Below, piece after piece: positions 7,924-16,018 of a stretch of DNA of 59,998 bases. The position numbers and the translations under genes were made by a program. The notes beneath the pieces were generated by a model. It saw nothing but the letters and a program-made list of their open reading frames with translations. It was not told where the DNA came from and ran no database searches. The DNA is from an uncultured Candidatus Saccharibacteria bacterium. Its GTDB lineage: Bacteria; Patescibacteriota; Minisyncoccia; Phycocordibacterales; UBA9973. Positions within the stretch are counted from its first letter, which is position 1; the number at the start of each line of letters is the position of its first letter. Where the stretch lies: positions 1 through 59,998 of the forward strand of contig CAYIBP010000004.1 of the NCBI GenBank assembly GCA_964361705.1. The letters are read 5' to 3'.

Positions 7924-9000
7924 TTATACTAAATTTTCCAAGAACTGGAAGACTCTTTCGTTGGTTAGGACATTTTCTGCATGGATGGTGGCGCGTTCTT
8001 TGTCTGCATCTTTATAAATTTCTAAAATTTGCGTTACCTCTCTTTCTACTTGTTCTTTATCGGCAAAAAGTTTCTCAATTTCCGCTATCTTATTTAATGC
8101 CATAGATAATTTGGCTTTTTTCTCCGCATCTTTTCTGAATTCTCCTTTTAAATCTTCCATCGTCTTATTCAGATGTTTCAAATAGTCTTCAAACTTCAAA
8201 CCCATCTGATTAATATCTGATTCCATTCTGTATAAAATCTTATTTAGTTCTATATCTACTAGTATATCTGGAAGGTCAGTCTTGATTTCATCTATGATTT
8301 CCTCAACTATTTTTAACCTAGTTTTTTCTTTTAGCTGATTTTCTTTTTCCAGTTTTATATTTGTTTTTAGCTTCTCCTTAAAGTCAGCGATATTTTCAAA
8401 AGGACCGAGAGCTTTTACGAATTCATCATTAAGTTCTGGCAAGGCTTCTTTATTTGGAGAATCTGTTTCATCTTCCTTGTCTTTAGCCCCTTCTTTTACT
8501 TGTTCGGCAATGTGTTTTTTGGGAGCGCGAGATTTTCTGATGTCTAAAATAGTGTCTTCTAGTTCTTTTTCTGTTACTTCGAGATTTTTATCTTCTTTGC
8601 TAGTTTTAGTGATTACTTTTTTTGCTATTGATTTGTAATCAGGCAATTCTATTTCAGGCATGACTGAAAGTTTTATTTTGAAATTAAGAGGATTTTTGCG
8701 TACGAGTTTAGTGATGGATATTTCTGGTCTGCTTATGGCATCAATTTTATTTTCTTCTAAAATCTTGGGATAATGCTCATTGAGAGCCATATCTGCCATC
8801 TCTGTAAGAATTTGAGATTCGGGAATTTTAGAGAGCAGGACACTTTCCGGCGCTTTACCTTTTCTGAAACCAGGTAATTCAATATTTTCAGCGATCTTTT
8901 TTACAGCTCTACTGAAGTATTCCTCAAAGATTTCAGCTCCAAGCTCTGCCTCTATTTCTATTTCGCTTTTAGGCAACTTTTTTATATCTATTTTTAGCAT
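7924..9000 (-). CDS. tig: Trigger factor (appears to lack the FKBP/PPIase domain)
   Basis: Ribosome-binding signature GFRKGKAP, LPELNDEF and a C-terminal SurA-like region; only 358 aa. Confidence 0.92.
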   Translation of the reverse strand: MLKIDIKKLPKSEIEIEAELGAEIFEEYFSRAVKKIAENIELPGFRKGKAPESVLLSKIPESQILTEMADMALNEHYPKILEENKIDAISRPEISITKLVRKNPLNFKIKLSVMPEIELPDYKSIAKKVITKTSKEDKNLEVTEKELEDTILDIRKSRAPKKHIAEQVKEGAKDKEDETDSPNKEALPELNDEFVKALGPFENIADFKEKLKTNIKLEKENQLKEKTRLKIVEEIIDEIKTDLPDILVDIELNKILYRMESDINQMGLKFEDYLKHLNKTMEDLKGEFRKDAEKKAKLSMALNKIAEIEKLFADKEQVEREVTQILEIYKDADKERATIHAENVLTNERVFQFLENLV

Positions 9001-9040
9001 ACAACTATATTATATTTATCACTTGCGTTTGTCAAAAAAT

Positions 9041-9071
9041 AAAAAACCTTCCAACTATTGGAAGGTTTTTT
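9041..9071. terminator. Intrinsic terminator downstream of the 9084-9326 gene
   Basis: Perfect 14-bp stem AAAAAACCTTCCAA-CTA-TTGGAAGGTTTTTT. Confidence 0.85.
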
Positions 9072-9083
9072 ATTTTTTGATAT

Positions 9084-9326
9084 CTAGTTTACTGAATTTA
9101 TATCAAGATCAATCTCAGAATCTAGTCCTCCAGCTTCTTCTTCTAGAGTGTTAAGTTCTGCATCATCTAAAGTGGTGGTTGCTTCTTCTTTGTAGTTACT
9201 GTCAGTTGCCTTCTTTACTTTTGATTGCCAAACATAGATCCCGCCAACTACCAATATGATGATGATAATGATCGATCCGACAAGTGCCCCATTTGATTTT
9301 TTATCTTCTTGTGACATTGATTCCAT
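9084..9326 (-). CDS. Small single-pass membrane protein with acidic tail
   Basis: GALVGSIIIIIILVVGGIYVW TM segment followed by a D/E-rich region. Confidence 0.75.
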   Translation of the reverse strand: MESMSQEDKKSNGALVGSIIIIIILVVGGIYVWQSKVKKATDSNYKEEATTTLDDAELNTLEEEAGGLDSEIDLDINSVN

Positions 9327-9363
9327 AATGTTTTTAAAAGTTATTTATAATAAATTGATAATT

Positions 9364-10296
9364 TTATTGTGTTGCACCGGTATTTCCCGTAGTAGTGTTC
9401 ATTGTTGATTCAGTGCTCTTTTCCATTTCTCTCTTTAGCTTGAATTCTTCCTTGAGTGATTTTATAGCATCATTTAAGGCTTTATGAGCTTCTTTTAAAA
9501 GGGTTTGCGTTTCTCCTGCAAGAGTTCGCAATTTTGTTTTTTGTTCTGCCGTTAACTGTTCAAGGGAAATAGCTAATAATGCATTTGCTTCCGCTACTTT
9601 TGTCTTTGCTTCAGTTAATTTTGTTTCAGCCAAGGTGACAAAAGTCTTTGCGCTTGTTACATTTACACCTTCTGCTCCAAGTCTTGTAATGTGTTCGTTT
9701 ACTCTATTTTTTAATACATTAATTCTCTCTATTGCATTGTCAAACCTCTCAAGAGCTCTTTCACGACCCTCAACTCTCAATTCTTTTATTTTCGCTTTAG
9801 CCTCATCTTTCTCTTCTTTTAATTTTTCTCTCAGGTTCTCAAACTTTTGTTTTGCTTCTTCTCTCTGTAACTCCATCTTTGCCCTGAGACTTTCCATTTC
9901 TTTCTTCATCTCCTCTCTCTTTGCTTCCATTTCTTTGAAGAGGGCTTCTCTTTTCAACTTCATATCTTCCCTTATCTCTTCCATTTTTTCTCGTTCTTCT
10001 GCGGTCTCTTCTTTACCAGCCTCTCTTTTAGCTCTTAGCTCGGCCTCTATTGCTTCACGCTTTGCTTTCAGATCATCTTGCATTTTAAACTGAGCTTCCA
10101 ATCTTGCTTCCATTTCTGCCCGTCTTTGCTCGGGAGTGATACCTATATTTGCTTTTACACCAACACCAGCTTTCAACCTCAATCCAGATCCTGTGCTGTA
10201 CGGTGAAGAACCACTACCACTGTCTTCTGCGTACGCATTAGAACTCAGAGTAAATGCTATGGCTAAAACCAAAAACAAACTTAAATATTTTTTCAT
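9364..10296 (-). CDS. Secreted long coiled-coil protein, function unknown
   Basis: Signal peptide (…SSNAYA|ED) and a long E/K/R/A-rich helical body. Promoter TTGTGT-17bp-TATAAT on the minus strand ends at 10373. Confidence 0.75.
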   Translation of the reverse strand: MKKYLSLFLVLAIAFTLSSNAYAEDSGSGSSPYSTGSGLRLKAGVGVKANIGITPEQRRAEMEARLEAQFKMQDDLKAKREAIEAELRAKREAGKEETAEEREKMEEIREDMKLKREALFKEMEAKREEMKKEMESLRAKMELQREEAKQKFENLREKLKEEKDEAKAKIKELRVEGRERALERFDNAIERINVLKNRVNEHITRLGAEGVNVTSAKTFVTLAETKLTEAKTKVAEANALLAISLEQLTAEQKTKLRTLAGETQTLLKEAHKALNDAIKSLKEEFKLKREMEKSTESTMNTTTGNTGATQ

Positions 10297-10411
10297 AATT
10301 TTCTCTTTTAATTTATAAAATCTACCTTAGCTTATAATCAAAACAACAACCAGCCCGTTACCGGACCAGCTAATTATACATGGAGGGTGTTTTTGACACA
10401 ACAGGTCATTT

Positions 10412-10999
10412 TCACTGTTCAAATTTTGGTAGATACAATTCCTCGTATCTTTTTTCACATTCTTTGATGACTTTTACTGCTTCGTCTTTGTCGTAAAAAC
10501 CTTTTGTTACTCCTGTGCCCGGTTTCTTCAAATATTTTATATGTTCCCAGAAATATGTTGTCTCTTTTTTGAATTGTTCACCGAGATCTTCTACTGATTG
10601 TATATGATCGCTTCGTCTGTCATCTGCGAGCACTGCTATGATTTTGTCATCAACTTCGCCACCATCTACGAATTTCATAACACCTATAACACGAGCTTCA
10701 ACAACGCACCCAGGCACGAGGGGTTCTATGACATTTACTATTTCTACATCGAGTGGATCACCATCATAATCCCAAGTCTTTGGTATTGCGCCATACGCGA
10801 AAGGATAGGCGAGTGAAGAATACCCTACACGGTCGAGTTTGAGCTGACCGCTCTCGGTGATGATTTCGTATTTATTTATAGAGCCAGAATTTATCTCTAC
10901 GATGGTATTTATCACGCCGTCTTTGCCCTCTACGAAAGGAGGAAGGACATGCAATAAATTTAACATGTATTTAGAAGGTTTGTGATTTATATTTGCCAT
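10412..10999 (-). CDS. ppa: Family I inorganic pyrophosphatase
   Basis: KYE...LDRV...YP..YG..P.T...DGDPLD motif and DDK.IAV. Confidence 0.95.
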   Translation of the reverse strand: MANINHKPSKYMLNLLHVLPPFVEGKDGVINTIVEINSGSINKYEIITESGQLKLDRVGYSSLAYPFAYGAIPKTWDYDGDPLDVEIVNVIEPLVPGCVVEARVIGVMKFVDGGEVDDKIIAVLADDRRSDHIQSVEDLGEQFKKETTYFWEHIKYLKKPGTGVTKGFYDKDEAVKVIKECEKRYEELYLPKFEQ

Positions 11000-11040
11000 A
11001 TGAGGATTATAGTATAGTTTTTTATTTTTTCAAAATATTA

Positions 11041-11493
11041 TTACTGAAGACTTTTTATTAAGATTTCTATTCTTTGACTATCTTTGGGATATTTTTTTAA
11101 AAGCTTATCGTGTAGGGTTTTTAATGTTTCTTTTTTATTTTGTACATATTCTAAAATCCCCTTCATATATTCTATAGAATCATTAATATGATTTTGTAAT
11201 AGATCATAGTTTTCAATGTTTAAAACCAGCATATCTGGAATCAAGCCTTCTTGATCTATATAAAGAACATATTTTTGAAATTCTTCTTGATTTTTTGCTC
11301 CTCGTATATCCAAAAGAAATTCTTGTAAAATCTCTATACGAGCCTTTTCCTCCTGTCTTTTGGAGTCTTGATATCTTAGAATCCATCTGTTTATTTCTTT
11401 GTCTGGATTGGTTAATAAGAATATCATTATGAAAACAAGCCATCTTTTCATTTTTTCGAAACTCGCTCCAGAGGGAAATTTTTCATGATTCAT
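11041..11493 (-). CDS. Hypothetical protein
   Basis: Full-length ORF with AT-rich codon usage and a TAnnnT element 8 nt upstream; no family recognised. Confidence 0.6.
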   Translation of the reverse strand: MNHEKFPSGASFEKMKRWLVFIMIFLLTNPDKEINRWILRYQDSKRQEEKARIEILQEFLLDIRGAKNQEEFQKYVLYIDQEGLIPDMLVLNIENYDLLQNHINDSIEYMKGILEYVQNKKETLKTLHDKLLKKYPKDSQRIEILIKSLQ

Positions 11494-11540
11494 ATATGAA
11501 AATAATACTATTTATTTATACCGATTACAAAAATTTAAAG

Positions 11541-11599
11541 TTACCAAATTACCAAAGGTTACCAAAGGTGCCCTTTGGTAATTTGGTAAGGTGGTAACC
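11541..11599. repeat. Nested inverted repeat built from TTACCAAA units
   Basis: Perfect 18-bp arms TTACCAAATTACCAAAGG (11541-11558) and CCTTTGGTAATTTGGTAA (11572-11589), with a third TTACCAAAGG unit in the loop. Confidence 0.85.
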
Positions 11600-11651
11600 A
11601 CAGAAGAAGTTTGATTTGCATTTTTTTCTATATTTTGTACAATATGTACAT

Positions 11652-11903
11652 ATGAAAACAATAAGCATAACAAATGCCAGAAGCAGCATGAAAGCTTTGA
11701 TAGATCGTGTCAAATACCGTGGGGAGGTTTTTGCGATAGGTAGGCGCAATTCTATAGATGCTGTGATTGTTCAGTTTCCTTCAAATTACAACAAAAACAT
11801 TGATGACATTACCAACATCAATGCCAATTCTAGGAGTTTTGATTTTTTGAAAGACGAGCCGGATATTTATAGCAGAGAAGATTTAAAGAAGATATATGCA
11901 TAA
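11652..11903 (+). CDS. Putative antitoxin, Phd/YefM-like N-terminus
   Basis: MKTISITNARSSMKALIDRV..GEVFAI resembles the Phd fold; acidic tail DFLKDEPDIYS; overlaps the toxin start by 8 nt. Confidence 0.7.
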   Translation: MKTISITNARSSMKALIDRVKYRGEVFAIGRRNSIDAVIVQFPSNYNKNIDDITNINANSRSFDFLKDEPDIYSREDLKKIYA

Positions 11904-12225
11904 AGGCAAGATTGTGCTGGTTCCGTTTCCGTTTACTGATTTATCTGGTCAGAAAATTCGTCCTGCTCTGGTATTGAGTGTTGAGAGTAAAGGAGATGAT
12001 TTTATAGCGTGTTTTATCTCCTCAAAGTCAAACGACAAGGTCGGAGCTTTTGATCTGAAAGTCAAAGCAGATAAACAAAATGGTTTGAAAGCAGACTCAA
12101 TCATAAAAGTTTCCAAAATTGCCACACTAGAGAAAAAGATAGCTATAGGAGAGATAGGCGGTTTAGACAGAGCTACCTTCCTAGAATTAAACTTGAAACT
12201 AAAAAAAGTTTTTGGGTTGGAATAG
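11896..12225 (+). CDS. PemK/MazF family toxin (endoribonuclease)
   Basis: GKIVLVPFPFTDLSGQKIRPALVLS...GL..DS.I...KIATL is a typical PemK-like pattern. Confidence 0.88.
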   Translation: MHKGKIVLVPFPFTDLSGQKIRPALVLSVESKGDDFIACFISSKSNDKVGAFDLKVKADKQNGLKADSIIKVSKIATLEKKIAIGEIGGLDRATFLELNLKLKKVFGLE

Positions 12226-12356
12226 GGAGATAAGTGTTTTGTATATTGGTGATCATGATGTATATAAATAGGAAATAATAAATTTCGCCCTAAACGAAAA
12301 ACAGCCCCTCACAAAAACCGGGTGGTAGGGTGTTTTGATGGGGCCGATCGCGCGTG

Positions 12357-12896
12357 TTATCGCCAATCGTCCCTTGTCACCGCGAAGATATTCTGTCCAG
12401 AAGTTGTGATGTTCACATCTTCTTCGTAGACGAACACCTTTGTCATTTCAGCGGCTTTTGCCTCGATCTTTATCCGGCGTTTTCCTGCAAGAACCCCTTT
12501 CAGAGTCTTGGCAAGGGTTCCGTAGCCACTGGATCCTCCAAGCAACTCTTGCTTGCCGTCGACAAAGACGGTAAACGAGATGCCGCTTTTGCCGGAAAGC
12601 GCTTCCGGTGTCGAGGCCGAAATCATGAGGTTTGCCGTTATAGTTTGGTTGGCAGGATCGAGGATCAGACTCGAGTATTTGGCAAACAGGGTCACGACGT
12701 TTCCATCGCTCCCTATTGTGACAAAATACTCTCGGTCGGCAAAGGTGAAAAGCAAAGTGTCGCCCTCGATTTCAATGTTGTGCACTTGCCTTGGCTGCGC
12801 CCAGCCGGTGCCGGTGAGAATGAAAAAAGCAAGGAGGGAAAAAATGAAAAGGCAGACGCGGCCGAAGCCAGAGGTGAGGGTAATTAGCTGGCGCAT
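12357..12896 (-). CDS. GC-rich orphan secreted or membrane-anchored protein (179 aa)
   Basis: ATG 12896 is preceded by AAAAGGAGGTTTCCC; signal-peptide-like N-terminus (…GTGWA|QP); about 50% GC by eye; hairpin plus T-run after the stop. Confidence 0.7.
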   Translation of the reverse strand: MRQLITLTSGFGRVCLFIFSLLAFFILTGTGWAQPRQVHNIEIEGDTLLFTFADREYFVTIGSDGNVVTLFAKYSSLILDPANQTITANLMISASTPEALSGKSGISFTVFVDGKQELLGGSSGYGTLAKTLKGVLAGKRRIKIEAKAAEMTKVFVYEEDVNITTSGQNIFAVTRDDWR

Positions 12897-13056
12897 GGGA
12901 AACCTCCTTTTGCGCTGAGTGAAAATCGGTGAAGCGTGATTTGTTTGGTTTGTAGCAAGCAAACATCGATCTATATAGAATAATCAATATCTATTTGCTA
13001 CAACCCACATTTCAAGGTACTAATACTATACCTGTATATTATCGCACAATATAGGT

Positions 13057-14208
13057 CTATTTGTCAATAGTTGAAGTTGTTTCTTCATTTTCTTCTTCTT
13101 TTTCGCTGTCGCCCTTGATATCTATCTTCCAGCCGGTGAGTTTGGCGGCAAGGCGCACATTTTGGCCACCTTTGCCGATGGCGAGAGATAGCTGATCATT
13201 TGCGACTTCTACTGTCGCGCGGTGCTCTTTTTCATCTACTTCTATAGAAAGCACTTTAGCTGGAGAGATGGCATTTGAAATGAATTCTTTTGGATCTTCT
13301 GACCAAGGTATGATGTCTATTTTTTCCCCGACTAATTCTTGGGTGATGGTGTTTACTCGGGTACCTTTTTGTCCTACGCAAGATCCGACTGCGTCTATGT
13401 GTTCATCATTTGAATGGACCGCGATCTTGGAACGGGAACCAGATTCTCTGGCTACGGATTTTATTTCTACTATTCCATTTTCTATTTCTGGTGCTTCTAT
13501 GGCAAAAAGTTTTTCCAAGAATTTCGGATGAGTGCGAGAGAGACGGAGATTTATTCCTCTTGGTGTGTCTTCAACAGAATACAAGTAAGCCCTTATGCGT
13601 TGGCCTCTTTGTAAATATTCTCTGGGAATTTGTTCTTCTACGGGGAGGATGCCAGTGGCACGATTGAAATCCACAAAGACATTACCTCGTTCTATTTTCT
13701 GTACGATACCTGTGACTATCTCTCCTTCTTTTGTGCCGTATTCATCAAGGATAGATGTTCTCTCTGCTTCGCGGATTTTTTGGATTATGACTTGCTTAGC
13801 TGTTTGTGCTGCTATGCGTCCGTAGTCGTCTTGATTTGGAAGAGGGAATACGATTTCGTCGTTGAGCTCTACATCTTTTTTAATTCTTCGCGCGTCTTCT
13901 AGCATGATATGGTGCTCGCTATTAAAACGCACGCGCTCATCAGCATCTTCTTTTATAGAATATTCAGAATCTTCTTCGCTTTCTGTTTTTGCGATAGTTT
14001 CATCCACAGCTATTTTGATTTGGAAAAATTCAGTTTTACCTGTCTCAAGATCAAGCTTGGCGCGCACTATCTGGCCTTTCTTGCCGTAGTCTTTCTTGTA
14101 GGCGGCAGCCATCGCGGCCTCTATAGCGTCTATGATCTTTTCTTTTGGGATCTTTTTCTCTTCCTCAAGTTGTTCCAAGGCTGATTTGAATGTTTTTATA
14201 TCTAGCAT
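13057..14208 (-). CDS. nusA: Transcription termination/antitermination factor NusA
   Basis: GRIAAQTAKQVI, S1 domain, KH domains (ARESGSRSKIAV, GSCVGQKG) and LSLAIGKGGQNVRLAAKLTGWKIDI. Start set to MLDIK. Confidence 0.97.
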   Translation of the reverse strand: MLDIKTFKSALEQLEEEKKIPKEKIIDAIEAAMAAAYKKDYGKKGQIVRAKLDLETGKTEFFQIKIAVDETIAKTESEEDSEYSIKEDADERVRFNSEHHIMLEDARRIKKDVELNDEIVFPLPNQDDYGRIAAQTAKQVIIQKIREAERTSILDEYGTKEGEIVTGIVQKIERGNVFVDFNRATGILPVEEQIPREYLQRGQRIRAYLYSVEDTPRGINLRLSRTHPKFLEKLFAIEAPEIENGIVEIKSVARESGSRSKIAVHSNDEHIDAVGSCVGQKGTRVNTITQELVGEKIDIIPWSEDPKEFISNAISPAKVLSIEVDEKEHRATVEVANDQLSLAIGKGGQNVRLAAKLTGWKIDIKGDSEKEEENEETTSTIDK

Positions 14209-14297
14209 ATTTTGTTTTTTGTTAAAAATAAAAGCCCTGTTTCGACAGGACTTATACATACAAAACTATATCATTATTGAAGATTTTTTGCAATAGT

Positions 14298-14317
14298 TTA
14301 TCCAGACTTTATCCACA
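14298..14317 (+). promoter_or_regulatory. Tandem DnaA-box-like sites in the divergent nusA / surface-cluster intergenic region
   Basis: TTATCCAGA (14298-14306, one mismatch) and TTATCCACA (14309-14317, perfect). Confidence 0.5.
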
Positions 14318-14363
14318 GTAAGTGTGTAAAGGGAAGGAATAGCATTGTATAATGAAATACAAT

Positions 14364-14642
14364 ATGCAATCGCCCAAGAAAAATATGATCTTAGTTTTTT
14401 TGATTTTAGGTTTCATTGCTTTGGCTATTGCTTTATATCTTTTCAATCAGGGGCAGGATTATCGAGGTGTTTCTTCTGAAGAGAAGAAAGTATTGAAAGA
14501 ACTTGAAGACCTTAAACGCCGTCCGAATGATACCAAAACAGAAGAAGAAGTTTTGAAAGAGCTTTATTCTTTAAAAGCGCCTTTAAAAAATAAGGCAGAA
14601 GAGGAAAGAGTCCTTAAAGAATTAGAGAGCTTAAAGCCATAA
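14364..14642 (+). CDS. Small membrane-anchored protein with three EE.VLKEL..LK repeats
   Basis: N-terminal TM and three helical repeats. The ATG at 14352 overlaps the TATAAT, so the second ATG is preferred. Confidence 0.65.
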   Translation: MQSPKKNMILVFLILGFIALAIALYLFNQGQDYRGVSSEEKKVLKELEDLKRRPNDTKTEEEVLKELYSLKAPLKNKAEEERVLKELESLKP

Positions 14643-14666
14643 ATAATTTTTATAGATTAAATTCAA

Positions 14667-15950
14667 ATGAATAATTCAAAAAAAAAGAAACATTTTTTTA
14701 TAGGCGGTCTGATGGCGCTGGCGCTTTTTTTAGGCTTTACCATAAGGGTTAATTCTAGTGCTTCTGACAATGTATCCGGTTTTGCTTGGGGCGCTGATTG
14801 GTTTACAGTTGGTGGCAACAGCTCTCTGGGCGGTATGGGCTGGCTTTCTTTTAATTCTATTAACGATCACAACCCAAATACCGATGGTGTACAACCATCC
14901 TCATATGATTATGGGGTAAAAGTGGACAGTAGTGGCAATATCACAGGTTATGCTTGGGCAGGGAATAGCGTGGATTCAAATATTAATGGTATTGGATGGA
15001 TAAGATTTGGAGGACTTTCTGGTTTTCCTTCTGGACCTGGTACTACGCCCGTGAATGCTAAAATCGTGAATGGCACTCTCGTAGGATGGGCAAGGGTTTG
15101 CAGTGTACTGGCAACCACGAATTGTACTGGTAATACATTAAAGCCAAGTACTTCTACTGGCGGATGGGACGGATGGATAAGTCTTAATGGTTCTGGTTAT
15201 GAAGTTGTCTTGAATGAAACCACAGGCGCTTTTTCTGGTTTTGCTTGGGGCGGACCCGATGTTTTGGGCTGGATTAATTTCAGTCAAGTGCTTAAAGACG
15301 CTCCTATAGTACCGCCGATTGGTTCTCTAATTTTCTCGGCTGATTCCTTTGTGGTGTATCCGCCAAGTTATCAAACTATTCTGCATTGGAGTTCTTCTCT
15401 CCCCCTTACTGATTGTGAGGCAAAAAACAATGGCACTCCTTCGACTTCCACATGGTCAGGCACAGTTGCAAATCCATCAGTGCTTCCAGCACCTCCCGCA
15501 TCAAAAACGGTCAGCGTGCCCGCGGTTCCTACGTCCACGATTTACAATCTAAAATGTTTCAATGGTGGAATTGCAGTGTCTGCTGAAGCCGTGACTCTTA
15601 CCAGAGGTGTTATACTGGAAGATGTCTCTTTAGGGTATACCAAGCCAGTTTTGAACAATGGAATTTACACAACCAAACTTTCATGGACTACTAAAAATAT
15701 AGTTCCAAACTCCTGCAAGGCGTCGGGTGGTTGGAGTGGAAATAAAACCACTGTTCCCGCAGGTTCACAAGATGGCACTGGCTCTGAATCAGATGTTGTT
15801 GTACCGGCAATAGCTCCTCTTCTCACTCGATATACTCTGACATGTACTGGTTTCTATACGACGCAACAAGAAATATCTACATATGTGGATATAAACGAAA
15901 AAAGTAGCAGTGGAGGAAGTAATAGAAAACCTCGTTATGAAGAAGATTAA
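14667..15950 (+). CDS. Secreted surface protein with G(F/Y)AW...GW(I/L)(S/R/N)F repeats and Cys-paired Ig-like modules
   Basis: Signal anchor; repeats SGFAWG..GWLSFN, TGYAWAG..GWIRFG and SGFAWGG..GWINFS; C-terminal L.W...C....W.G...Y.L.C modules. Confidence 0.7.
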   Translation: MNNSKKKKHFFIGGLMALALFLGFTIRVNSSASDNVSGFAWGADWFTVGGNSSLGGMGWLSFNSINDHNPNTDGVQPSSYDYGVKVDSSGNITGYAWAGNSVDSNINGIGWIRFGGLSGFPSGPGTTPVNAKIVNGTLVGWARVCSVLATTNCTGNTLKPSTSTGGWDGWISLNGSGYEVVLNETTGAFSGFAWGGPDVLGWINFSQVLKDAPIVPPIGSLIFSADSFVVYPPSYQTILHWSSSLPLTDCEAKNNGTPSTSTWSGTVANPSVLPAPPASKTVSVPAVPTSTIYNLKCFNGGIAVSAEAVTLTRGVILEDVSLGYTKPVLNNGIYTTKLSWTTKNIVPNSCKASGGWSGNKTTVPAGSQDGTGSESDVVVPAIAPLLTRYTLTCTGFYTTQQEISTYVDINEKSSSGGSNRKPRYEED

Positions 15951-16018
15951 AAAAGTCAAAAGTCGGTTTATTTAAAATTAAAAGTAAGATAAGAAATTTT
16001 ATTAGTTAATCAAAATAT

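Noticed and set aside
9635-10093. 152-aa antisense ORF and the many similar S/F/L-rich antisense ORFs over rny, nusA, pgk, metG and others
   Set aside because: Reverse-complement artefacts of E/K-rich coding sequence, with no independent signals.
12354-12918. Plus-strand ORFs of 177 aa and 121 aa over the GC-rich gene
   Set aside because: Antisense shadows caused by high GC; the SD, signal peptide and terminator all support the minus strand.
4054-14317. Replication origin from DnaA boxes
   Set aside because: Only isolated boxes at two promoters, with no cluster, DUE or adjacent dnaA/dnaN.
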